Shown piece after piece: positions 24,724 through 36,419 of a stretch of DNA of 64,000 nt; positions within the stretch are counted from its first letter, which is position 1, and every line of letters starts with the position of its first letter. Under the pieces are notes generated by a model. It was not told the origin of the DNA. It did no database searches and was given only the letters and a program-made list of their open reading frames with translations. The stretch comes from Octopus sinensis (taxonomy: Eukaryota): positions 20,088,001-20,152,000 of the forward strand of contig NC_043010.1 of NCBI RefSeq assembly GCF_006345805.1. The letters are read 5' to 3'. The translations under genes were made by a program, and so were the position numbers.

Positions 24724-25502
24724 CTTATAAACAAGATCAAAAGAAAAATTATTTCCTTGCCAATATGCTGATAACAGACTTTTAAATCGTCAATTTCCAC
24801 ATATCATTATACACTCACTATAAATACACGTCGTGCTGAAATCGGGGAAGCTAGTCAACAGAATTAAAAAAAAAAAAGTTCGTTATTTTTATATTGAATC
24901 AATTTCGGAATTAATCCAATGGATTTTTTCCTCTTCAGTAAAAAATACAAGAAATAAATGAAATACTTACACGCACCCATGGAAAAAAGCAGAAGCAAAA
25001 GTCATGCGTACACATAAGTACCCCAGTTATATCTAAATATAAAATCTTTTAACTAGCCTCAGCACACGTGTGAACTATTCCAAACCACAGCTTATAGTGG
25101 TTACCAGTCCCTAAGTGAATGGTAATAAATCTACTATTAATATAGGATGAATTTTTTTTTTCGGAAAAAAAATTTCATCAAAAATTGGCAGCATATTGGC
25201 ATGGAAATAATTTTCTTTTGCCCTTGTTTATAAGTTGTTTATAATTTAACATTTATATGCTGCCACTTTTTGATGATTTTTTTTTTCTGAAAAAAAAAAT
25301 ATATATATATATATATAAAAGTGTATATTTTATTTTTATTACAGTGAGACATAAGATACTATAAAAAAAATTGAGGAAGCAGTAAAAAAACTCAAAATTC
25401 GTGTATTGCTGTTTTATCTAAGAAAAAAGTTATAAAATGCAAAAAAAAAAAAAAAAATTAGAATGGTGAGACTGATGCTTTTTTTAAAATCAGTTTTGCC
25501 AT

Positions 25503-27343
25503 TGTGGTGTTTGTGGTGTTACGGGCTGTGATGAGCTATGTGGTGTTGGTGGAGAGGATTGCAGATGAGATAGACGGAAGTGAAGACCGCAGGGGCCGGT
25601 GGAACATCCATGGGGCATGCGTGCGCAGGAAGCACGTGGGGGGAGGTCGAGGAGAGACGGCAGTGTGCAAGGACGTATTTATTTCTTGACAGTGATTGCT
25701 CATCCCACTGAGGTCAACAGGTAAGGTCTCTGTATTTCTTTCTCTCGTTTGCTTCTTTTTCTGTTGTCTTTTTCTTCCATCACACTACAAACTATTTCGG
25801 CCTATAACAAAAAAAAAAAAAGAACCGAATGATAAGTGTAGTCCGTATTTCGAACGATGTGGTCAAACCGTTTTGCGGTGGCATGGATGTAGTCGCTTGA
25901 TTGAAGAAGATGAAGTTGGTTGCAAAGCTCCCGGCATAAACGACTTAGCGAGTTTTATACCGCTGTACCTAGATGGTTCAGCGTTGTACCTAGAAATGGA
26001 AGAGAGGGACCAACTTAGCGCGGAGAAAATAGAAATCCGTTTGATGGAGGCCTTTGCAGAGGGAATGTTTGAAGTGTACGCTCGCCTGGGGAAAGCAAAG
26101 TGGACTGGCGAACAGGTCGACGTATTTGCGAACGAGCTCAGAAGATTGGCTAAACTGGCGGGATATGAAGGAGAATCACTGAACCGAACGGTTAAGTTAG
26201 TGCTTGTGGCTGGCTTTCCTGGCCACATGTCGGTCGAGTTGCAAAAGCTGCCGAACATTAACTCGATGGCAATGGCAGACATTGTATCTCGGGCTCGCGT
26301 GCTAGTTTCGTATTGCAGGACGACGCAGGTAGCAGCGACTGCAACCACGAAAAGTGGCCGAACAAGGAGTAGCGGAGAGGGGTCAAACAAGGAACGCGTG
26401 TGACCATTCAAAGGACAGTGTTTCCGGAGTCAGGGCCCGCACATGGTACAAGATTGCAAGTCACCCAAGCCTGTGGTCATTTGCTACCGGTGTCGAAAAA
26501 CGAGACATATAGCCAGCGAATGTCCACTTGGTGGACGATATTGACGTGGTGTTGGGGATGGATGCGATCACCCGTTTAGGAGGTGTCACTGTCAACGAGG
26601 CGGGTGTAACGTTCGGGTTTGCGAGGAAACCGTGTATGGCGAGACCATGCGTTGGTGAGAACCGCGAAGAAAAGTATGCTGCACACGCCATTGAAGACCA
26701 GGACTTTCGGGCTGTCTTCGATGGCCAGAAGAGGACAGTGGAGTGACACTTGAAGGGAGAGCCCCCGACGTTAAAAAATAAAGTGGGCTGCTATCAGCAT
26801 ACTCTAAAAGAAGATGCAAGAAGTGAGTTCGAGGGGGAGGTGGAGCGGTGGATTTAGGAGGGCATACTGATCCCTTGGGAAGAAGAAGTAGAGAGCGGAG
26901 TCCTGTCACTGATGGCGGTGGTACAGCCCTCAAAGCATAAGGTCAGGCCAGTGCTTCACTTCCGAGAGCTGAATGACCAAGTATCATGTCATACGGGCGG
27001 CGAGGCCACAGGTGTCGACATACCTGCAGGTGCATGTGGTTGAGAGACTGTGGAAGTATCAGCTTGTCAGGTATAAGGGCCAGTCATACTGTCTGACTAG
27101 GTTGGGGTTCGGGCTACATTCAGCGCCAAAGATTATGGCAACAATTCTCAAGGCCATCCTGGGAAAGGTGGACAGAGTAAAAAGGGCCACCAATTCGTAC
27201 ATTGATGACATTCTAGTGGATGAAACCGTAATGCCAGCAACGGAGGTCATAGGCCATCTGAAGAGTTTTGGACTGATCGCCAATGTAGGTGGAAGTGAAG
27301 ACTGCAGGGGCCGGCAGAACAGTCACGGGGCATGCGTGCGCAG
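25503..27343 (+). mobile_element. Internally deleted Gypsy-like LTR retrotransposon
   Basis: LTR-like 25503-25789 (TG...CA), partly repeated at 27291-27343. gag-like ORF 25696-26403, then degraded CCHC knuckles (CYRCRKTRHIASEC), protease tail DVVLGMDAI and RT YCLTRLGFGLHSAPKIM...SYIDDILV. Confidence 0.8.
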
Positions 27344-27668
27344 GTCGACTTTGCCTTTCATCCTTTCGGGGTCGATAAATTAAGTACCAGTTACGCACTG
27401 GAGTCGATATAATCGGCTTAATCCCTTTGTCTGTCCTTGTTTGTCTTCTCTGTGTTTAGCCCCTTCTGGGTAGTAAAGAAATAGGTATTTCGTCTACTGT
27501 TACGTTCTGAGTTCAAATTCCGCCGAGGTCGACTTTGCCTTTCATCCTTTCGGGGTCGATAAATTAAGTACCAGTTACGCACTGGAGTCGATATAATCGA
27601 CTTAATCCCTTTGTCTGTCCTTGTTTGTCCTCTCTGTGTTTAGCCCCTTGTAGGTAGTAAAGAAATAG
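27342..27668 (+). mobile_element. Two tandem partial copies of SINE family A
   Basis: gtcgactttgcctttcatcctttcggggtcgataaattaagtacc...gtagtaaagaaata twice. Confidence 0.85.
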
Positions 27669-27992
27669 AAATATTAGATCTTTGAAGCACTAAAAACTTT
27701 TCGTCCTGAACATTCGCTACTGAAAGTTTGGTACAGTTTTTATGTCACCAAGTGCGATTCCTAATTTCCGTGGAAGACAGCATGAGAGGACATTCAACAA
27801 CGAGTCATATATAAGACAAATATTTATTTCAATCCTGTCAAGTGGTTAAGTGAAAGGAAAGAGAGAGAGAGAGAGAGAGTGCTTTGTGGTGTGCTATTAA
27901 GAAAAAGCGAGAGGTGGAGAGGAAGAGAGAGAGACACACACAAAACCTGTTTCGTGCTGGGATGATTGGTGTAGTTGAAAGGATAGGCAGAA

Positions 27993-28025
<33 letters not shown>

Positions 28026-29169
28026 GAGACAGAGAGAGTATGTGTGTTTACCGAAGGAAATTTGAAAATGGGCGTGTTTACATCACTCAACACGTACGTA
28101 CATTGTATGTTTTTATAAGTTGAATAAAACATCTCTGCGGCCAACGAGTATTTTTCAACGTGGTAAAATCGAATATTGTGACAGACAAGAAAAACACAAC
28201 GTAGTTAGAGGTTTTAATATTCGAAAGTTTAAGAGTCAATTGCTTTAGAAAATTATACAATTCAATTTTATAGATTTTCTAAATAACCGTCGAATTTCCG
28301 CGGGTAACTACTTGCTGGTGTTATCTAAGTTCAGTTTGTTTCGTCTTGATGTTCGTCATTTTTTTTATGTACAAAGATTACCATAAATTAAATTTGTTTG
28401 AATATTTTAATCCGTTAGGTTCAGGATGTCACTATCCTATTTACTATTAGCAATATCAGCCCATATTGTGTGTGAAAAACAGAGGAGACGAGTGGGGACG
28501 TCTCGTTATTCAACTTGTTAAAAATAGTTGCTAAATTTCCTGCAAATAAAACCGCTACTTTAAATGAGGTTGGGTAATGTAGTCATAGTTAAATTGAATA
28601 AAAGATGGGATGGGTACGGATGGAAAATCCCTTCTATTCAGACGTCTACCTGAATGAAAGATTATTGCCCTCAGGCAATCCTATAATTTATTTACATTGT
28701 TTATCAATGACTATATTATCGGCTGTGCACTTGCTTTCTAAAGATGTGAATTTTGGGGGGAGATTTGTCTGTCATTTCTACTAGGTCAAGCAAAAGAAGC
28801 ACCTTCCATTAGACTGTTTTTTTCCTACAAAATTCTTACGTGTTTTATTCACGCTTTATTTTATTTCATTTATTTATCATCCTTTACTGGTTTCAACCAA
28901 AGGTTGGGGTCATTCTGGAGTACCTTTCAGAAGAAATATCAAAAAAAGAAAAGAAAAAAAAAAGAAAAACCGCTTTGGTTTTTCGTTTTCTTCCACATTT
29001 TTTGCATCGTAATATGATTCATTCTTCATCACTGTCAACCTCCAGGGCATCCATTATATTTCAGAGTTTCCATGAAGAGCAGTGAAACAGGGGACGGTTG
29101 ATGTCGGTAACGGAATCTGGTCCTAAAAAATCAGCTTCGGCGAAATTAAAGAATACGCACATCCAGTGT

Positions 29170-29252
29170 TTAGGGTTTAGAGTTAGGGGTTAGGGGCTAG
29201 GTTAGGTTTAGGGTTTAGTGTTAGGGGTTAGGTTAGGTTTAGGGTTTAGGGT
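29170..29252 (+). repeat. Degenerate telomere-like (TTAGGG/TTTAGGG/TTAGG) tract
   Basis: gtttagggtttagagttaggggttaggggctaggttaggtttaggg... Confidence 0.8.
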
Positions 29253-29818
29253 TTTTTGTTATGCCGAAAACGAGTGGTGTACGTATTCTTTACCTCTGCC
29301 TCAGCTTCAACTAATTTCTTTCTACTCTAGGCACAAGGCCCGAACTTTTTGAGGAGGGGCCCAGTCGATTAGATCGACCCCAGTACGCAAATAGTACTCA
29401 GTTTATCGAACCCGAAAGGGTGAAAGGCGAAGAGGACCGCGGCGGAATTTGAACTCAGAACGTAGCGGAAGACGAAATACTGCTAAGCATTTCGCCCGGC
29501 GCGCTAACGTTAGCTTCAACCAATTCCATCTGACCCATGCAAACGTAGGAAAGTAAACGTTAAACCGATATGATGATGTATGAGTATACATACAGGATCT
29601 TTTATCATTAGACTGCGGCCATACTGGGGCACCACCTTGAAGGATTTTAGTTGAACGAATCGACTCCAGCACTTGCTTTTCTTTTTAAGTCTGGTACTTA
29701 TTTCATCAGTCTGAACTGATGAGTTACGGGGACGTAAACAAACCGACACTGGTTGTCAAGTGGTGGTGGGGACAAACACAAAGACACACACGTATACGTA
29801 TATACTTGTATACATGGC

Positions 29819-29878
<60 letters not shown>

Positions 29879-30256
29879 ATATATGTATATACACACATAC
29901 ATACACAGGCATGGGTGTGTGGAAAGGGGTGCAGGCATAGCTGTATAGTAAAAAGCTAACTTCCCAATCACATGGGGATGGGGCCCCTTAGATACTAACA
30001 TGTGCTACCATATATGGATTCTAATGGTGGAGGGGCCCACTTGCCATTGGGCAAGCTGGCAATCTGGCCAGTCTGCCACTGTATATATATATATATAATT
30101 ATAATTAGGGTTCAGCTAATTGCTTCACCACATACTGAATTTAGAAATAGGAGTTAAAAATTCCTTTTCTGCTACTATATGAATCTCCATGACGGTAAAC
30201 ATACTTTTTTATGAAGGTAAAGAGAAAAACAATGAATCAACACGAACAGGATTAGT

Positions 30257-30315
30257 TATATACACGTTTCGAGATTAAAGTGATTTAAATTTTACTTACT
30301 TCTCTCTTCAGTATA
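30257..30315 (-). ncRNA. Minimal type I hammerhead motif, probably decayed
   Basis: Minus strand: tata-CTGAAGA-gaga(long loop)tctc-GAAA-cgtg-TA-tata. Stem III looks like a CpG-decayed cgcg palindrome. Confidence 0.45.
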
Positions 30316-30369
30316 GTTTTTCCAATTATAAATGTATCGCTGTAGATATAGGTGCATTAGGAACTATCC

Positions 30370-30554
30370 TTAAAGATTTGAACAGGCAGATAGGGGAAAG
30401 AGGCATAAAATGTAGTTTGGTGCTCCTCCAGAAAACATTATTCTGAGGGACAGCCAGGATACTGAGGAAGGTTCTTGGCATATATGGTTACTTGCTGTAG
30501 CCTGATGTTTGGAATTTTTCTTTCCCAACAGTTTACTATGTTTTGTGTACATGA

Positions 30555-30597
<43 letters not shown>

Positions 30598-30780
30598 TAA
30601 TAATAATAATAATAATAACAACAACAAGACAAATGGCTGAAGGAGGTTGGAATAGAAGTTTGTCTTTTTGGGACAGCAAGGATTATCAGGAGGGTTCTAA
30701 GCACTTCAAAGACTACTGAAAACTTGTGGGTACCTAAGCTTACAGGTAGTAACCCGCTACCCACATAAATCCTACCAGGA
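30370..30780 (+). mobile_element. 3' fragments of RLE-type (R4/Dong-like) LINEs
   Basis: LLQKTLF*GTARILRKVLG and DKWLKEVGIE...GTARIIRRVL resemble the QKxxLLGTARILRKVL C-terminus. A related piece lies at about 33165-33270. Confidence 0.5.
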
Positions 30781-31159
30781 ATATGACTGAACCTGAACCG
30801 AACCAAAATAATAATAATAATAATGGTCTCAAATTTTGCCACAAGGGCAGCAATTTTGAGGGAGGGGATGAGTGATTTCATTGACCCCAGTGTACAACTG
30901 GTACTTAATTTATTGACCCTGAAAGGATGAAAGGCAAAGTTGACCTTGGTGGAATTTGAACTCAGAATGTAGCAACAAGAATTTCGCCTGGTGTGTTAAC
31001 AATTCTGCCAGCTTGGCATCTTAATAACAATAACAGCAACAAAAACAATAACAATAATAATAATAACACGAGCACTCAGAGAGCGCAAACCTCCACCAAG
31101 GTCCTCTCAACGATTAGCCAGAGATGATTTTTAAAATGAGAATATCTGAAATAAGCTTG

Positions 31160-32680
31160 ATATGAGAATACTAAAAATGAATACTAAACATAATGCTTAG
31201 AATCGAAGGACCTTAGAGTCAACCTAGCTAAAACCAAAGTCCTAATAAGTAGGAAGGCAGACAAACCACAAATCCCTTCAGGTAGATGGCCCTGCTCGAT
31301 CTATAGAAAAGACGTAGGTAGAAACTCTATAAGATGTACCCAGTGTAAGCTATGGACACACACATAAGAGGTGCAGCAATATCAAAGGAAGGCTAACCGG
31401 GAAGATAGTTTTTGTATGTGGCAGATGCTCAGGAGCAATAAACACTGAAAATGTGCAGAGAACAATTTCTGCTACATTCCAGGGAGAAAAACTAGAAGTA
31501 GTTGATAGCTTCTGTTACCTAGGTTACCATGTCAGTAGTGGGGGTGGGTGCTCTGAAAGTGTAGCTGCTAGAATAAGAATAGACTGAGCAAAGTTCAGAG
31601 AGCTCTTACCTCTGCTGGTGACAAGGCCTCTCGCTCAGAGTAAAAGGTAGACAGTATGACGCATGTGTACAAACAGCCATGCTACATGGCAGTGAAACAT
31701 GGGCCATGACTGCTGAGGACATGTGTAAGCTTGCAAGGAATGAAGCCAGTATGCTCCGATGGATGTGTAATGTCAGTGTGCATACTCGACAGTGTGTAAG
31801 TACCTTGAGAGAAAAGTTGAACCTAAGAAGCATTAGATGTGGTGTGCAAGGGAAACAACTGCACTGGTATGGTCATGTGGCAAGAATGGATGACAGCTGT
31901 GTGAAAAAGTGTCACACCCTAGCAGTTGAGGGAAACTGTGGAAGAGGTAGACCCAGGAAGGCCTAGCATGAGGTGGTGAAGCACCACCTTCAAACATTAG
32001 GCTTCACCGAGGCAATGACTAGCGACCGAGACCTTTGGAAATATGCTGTGCTTGAGAAAACCCAGCAAACCAAGTGAGACCATAACCCGTGGCCTATGCC
32101 AGGGGTGTAACCAGCCCACTTAGGTGTACCTTTCTTCCATTGGACACTAAACTCTGCTTGCGAAGACCAGTTGAGGCAAGTGAAATTGAAATCAAATTCG
32201 ATAACAGCACCACATGATGGGCATCTATGCTAGTGGAGTGCTAAGAGCACCATCTGAGCATGATCGTTGCCAGGGCTGCTGACTGGCTCCTGTGCTGGTG
32301 GTATGTAAAAAGCACCATTTGAGCATGATTGTTGCTAGTATCGCCTTACTGGCACTTGTGCCGGTTGTACGTAAAAACAACATTCAATCGAGGGCATTGC
32401 CTTTGCCGCTGGACTGGCTCCTGTGCAGGTGACATGTAAAAAACACCATTTGAGTGTGGCAGTTGCCAGTACTGCCTGATTAGCCCTTGTGCCGGTGGCA
32501 TGTAAAAGCACCTACTACACTTTTGGAGTGGTTGGTTTTAGGAAGGACATCCAGCTGTAGAAACTCTTTCAGATCAAATTGGAGCCTGGTGCAGCCATCT
32601 GGCTCACCAGTCCCCAGTCAAACCGTTCAACCCATGCTAGCATGGAAAGCAGACATTAAACGATGATGATGATGATGATG
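31160..32680 (+). mobile_element. 5'-truncated RTE-clade LINE with its full 3' tail
   Basis: LRVNLAKTKVL; LHGSETWAMTAED...MLRWMC...LHWYGHVARMDD...VEGNCGRGRPRK; tail with aaaagcacc subrepeats ending in (GAT)n. Confidence 0.85.
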
Positions 32681-34043
32681 AACCCGGCTGCACTCAAAAA
32701 GTAAGTAAAAAAACAGGAAAAATAATCCAGAATCTTTGTCCAGTACCAGATCAATCCCAAAATCTAATCAATTCATGTCAGTCATGAGGTCAAACATCCC
32801 TGAAAGTTTCATCTGAATGTGGTTCTTGAGATATATTGTCCATGGATGAGCAAACAACCAAGCAAATGCAACTGGAAACAACACCTCTGCTTTTGCTGAG
32901 GTGGAGGCGGCGGCAACAACAACAACAACAAATTTCTTTATTGATCACAGTGGCTAAACATAGAGGGGACAAACAAGAACAGATAAAGGGATTAAGTTGA
33001 TTAGATCGACCCCAGTGTGTAACTGGTAGTTATTTAATCGACCCCGAAAGGACAAAAGACAAAGTTGACCGCGACAGAATTTGAACTCAGAACGTAACAG
33101 CAGACGAAATAATAATAAAAAAAAAATAATAATAATAAATAATAAATTTGCTGTTTGGAACAGTAAGCAAATATATAGACAAATGGCTGAAGGAGATTGG
33201 AATAGAATGCCTGGTAGAGTTCCTGTAGAAAGTTTGTCTCTTAGGGACAGCAACCTACTGTGCACATAATCCTCACCAAGAACAAGACCAAACCTGAGCC
33301 AAACAACAATTATAAAAATGATATTTCCTTTATTAACTTCAGAGGACTGAAAAAAAAACAAAAAAACAATGGGGACAGTACAGGATTATGAAAGCATGTA
33401 AAATAATGATAGCAACAACAATAAATAATGAATCATTATGGTTCGGGTTTTAGAAAATTTAATGCTGTTAGAGTTTTATTCTGATTTTGTTTGTATTGTC
33501 AGTTTATGATCCCAAAATTCAAAATAAAAAAGATCACAGTCTCACCTGGGTAATAAAAAAAAAATAAAAATAAATAATTCAAAAGAATAAAAAAATCAGC
33601 CCTGGGTTAGCTTTCAAGTTTATGACCATTAAAGGTCATATATCTCAAGATAGTTTGGGAGTCTACAATTCCTATTGACTTGCTTCAGCTAAACACTTGT
33701 TAGCAGTTGTCAAGAGTTGAACGTACATAAAGAAAATTCCCACCATAGGAATTTTTACTAGCTATCTATTATCTGTCTATTCATTTAATCTATAACAATA
33801 AATGCCAAAACTGTGTGTCATTGTACCACGCTTTGAGTCCCTCTCTCACTGTGAGAGCGGGCGGCGGTAGTAGATTGACAGTTGAGATAGTAATGGGGGT
33901 GATAGTAATAGTATGAGCTGTAGTCGTGATAGAGGTGGAGGCGATGGTGATGATGATGGTGATGGTGGTGGTGGTGGTAGTTGAGGCAGTCAAGCATGAC
34001 AGTGATAGTAAGAGATGTGAAAGACATATATAAAATAATGGAT

Positions 34044-34284
34044 GGCGGCGAGCTGGCAGAAACGTTAGCACGCCGGGCGAAATGCGTAGCCGTATTTCGT
34101 CTGTCGTTACGTTCCGAGTTCAAATTCCGCCGAGGTCGACTTTGCCTTTCATCCTTCTGGGGTCGATAAATTAAGTACCAGTTACGCACTGGGGTTGATG
34201 TAATCGACTTAATCCCTTTGTCTGTCCTTGTTTGTCCTTGTTTGTCCCCTCTGTGTTTGTTCCCTTGTGGGTAGTAAAGAAATA
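34044..34284 (+). mobile_element. Full-length tRNA-derived SINE family A
   Basis: Box A-like tggcagaaacgttag and box B-like gagttcaaattcc, conserved central block, AAAGAAATA tail. Further full or partial copies at about 10-190, 7265-7420, 11865-12000, 15050-15240, 29325-29512, 30830-31020, 32935-33110, 35930-36398, 40815-41160 and 61040-61210. Confidence 0.9.
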
Positions 34285-34459
34285 TATATAAAATAAAAAA
34301 AAGAGTGCAAAAACTACCGAAGGCTTGTGTTATAAGGTTAAAGAATATATTTAAGTCATTATGTTAGAAAAATGTTATAAAATTTTGTGTATAGTAACAT
34401 AGTTTTTGGAGAAATAACTGGTTTCGTATTTTCTTTTCAAATTTCTTTACCAACATGGT

Positions 34460-35490
34460 GTCATGTCTTTGCTATGAAGTGAATTCACTGGGATCTACAG
34501 TGTCTGGTAAAGTTTTTGTCTTGGGTTGGTGGGTGTCTGTGTTCTTTTGATGGGGTTGTAGTGCTGCCTGTAAGTTCTGTTATTGTTGTTGTCAAAGTTA
34601 GGAGTGGTTCGTGTTTGAGGTTTTGTGATTTGTTTTCTTTGTTGTTGGTGAGGTGTGTGCTTGTTAGTTATTTTTTAAAAATATGGGTTGCTTGTAAGGT
34701 GTTCGTTTTTGAACTCCATTTCATAATTAACGAACCAGGTGTTTTTTTCCCCTTCGTTGGTGGGATGTTAGTTCTTCGTCCTCACAGTTTTTTCCCCAGA
34801 GTTTGGTGATTTTATCAAAGAGTGTACCTTCTCAGCATTTTGAAATTTCAATTTGCATTTCGGTGTCAAGGGCCTTGAATTTTTCTTCACTAGAATTGGC
34901 TCTTAGCCGCAACAGTTCTATTTCTGTTTTGAATTTTTCGAAAGCCAGTTTCTCCCTGGGTTTTTGTTGATTTTCTGGTTCATTTCAGATGGGTTTTATT
35001 TGCAGTTTTCTGGGTAGGATGATTGGGGGTGGAGTTGAGCCACTTTTCATAAATGTCTGCTTTGTTATTATTTTTTATGAAGTTCCAGAAAGCAAATTTG
35101 CGTGCTGTGAGATTTTTTTTATCCAGATGTTGTTAAGAGTGTTTTTAATTGAGTAACAGTCTGTGGTTTCTGCTTTTGAAGTATTATTGTCTCAATAGAT
35201 TTGATTAGATTTTGTAATGTTGGGATGATGTCAGGAGTTTGATTAACTGTTTTAGCCTCCAGGAGTCCATTTAGGTATAAAAGTGATAGTTCGACTTTGT
35301 TGGTTAGGGTTGAAAGTTTGGAGGAGATTTCCTGTAATTCTTTTAGGATGCTTTCGTTCAATAAGTTTTCTGTTTGTTGTGACTTAATGGCATTTTCGGG
35401 ACTCGTGTGGTGTTTATATATATATATAGCAAAGTAAAGTTGTAAGGTACCGCACGAGTGGAAATATACATGAAAGAAGGTTTGAAAATG
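34460..35490 (-). pseudogene. Decayed ORF, possibly the N-terminal region of a Penelope-like element
   Basis: Long, mostly open K/E/N/Q-rich frame (...EIELLRLRANSSEEKFKALDTEM...) with scattered stops. No RT motif seen, so the family assignment is weak. Confidence 0.3.
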
Positions 35491-35639
35491 CAATTTTAAA
35501 TATATTTATTCACTTGACCGGTGAATGAAGTGCCATTGTTGGGCTCAAGGCCCAATGAAGAACCTTCCACAGGAGCTAGCTTAAAAGCCGCCATTTTTAA
35601 CCATTCAATAATCAGTTTCTGTAGAAGGATATCATAAGA

Positions 35640-35870
35640 GTGGTCCTTCTGATCATTTGGTAGCTCTGCATGTGATGTGTAGGCGGAGATAATTGTAGCT
35701 GTGCTGTTTTGTAGGACTAGCCTGAGCTTAAGCACTCTATCGCATAATCTAACAACCTCTATAAACTTATCCACCCATTTCTCCGCAAGGAGTATGTCAA
35801 CATCCCCTACACCATCCATGTTACCTTGCCAGAAGACTTTATACCTATGTGCCTTGCCTGTGAGGACCCT
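35640..35870 (-). pseudogene. RTE LINE endonuclease fragment
   Basis: GVGDVDILLAEKWVDKFIEVVRLCDRVLKLRLVL...IISAY. Confidence 0.7.
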
Positions 35871-36419
35871 TGCTGAAGCTCCATTATTTATTAAATGTTC
35901 TCCACAATATTATTCTAATATTATATTTTAGAAGGCGGCGAGCTGCAGAAATGTCAGCATGCAGGCAAAATGGTTTGTGGTATTTTGTCTGTCTTGACAT
36001 TCTGAGTTCAAATTCCACCGAGGTTGACTTTGCCTTTAAGTACCAGTTGCGTTCTGAGGTTGATCTAATCGATGGCCACCTTCCCCAAATTTTTGGGCCT
36101 TGTGCATAGAGGAGAAAAGAATACTTATATTTTAGGGCTTATGTCCGTTTGTATACATTTATCTATTTGTCTGTCTGTCTAGCTATCTATGCATACACAC
36201 ATACATGTGTGTATATGTATACGGTCTGCCGTTACGTTCTGAGTTCAAATTCTGCCGAGGTCGACTTTGCCTTTCATCCTTTCAGGGTCGATAAATTAAG
36301 TACCAGTTACGCACTGGGGTCGATGTAATCGACTTAATACCTTTGTCTGTCCTTGTTTGTCCCCTCTATGTTTAGCCCCTTGTGGGCAATAAAGAAATAT
36401 ATATGTACATGTCTTGCAA

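Noticed and set aside
25863-26411. 182-aa minus-strand ORF
   Set aside because: Antisense shadow of the Gypsy gag frame.
34044-34130. tRNA-like head with A and B boxes
   Set aside because: No complete cloverleaf; it is the head of a multicopy SINE, not a tRNA gene.
35505-35570. Possible hammerhead remnant (gaccggt...gggctcaaggccc)
   Set aside because: The CUGANGA and GAAA cores cannot both be placed.
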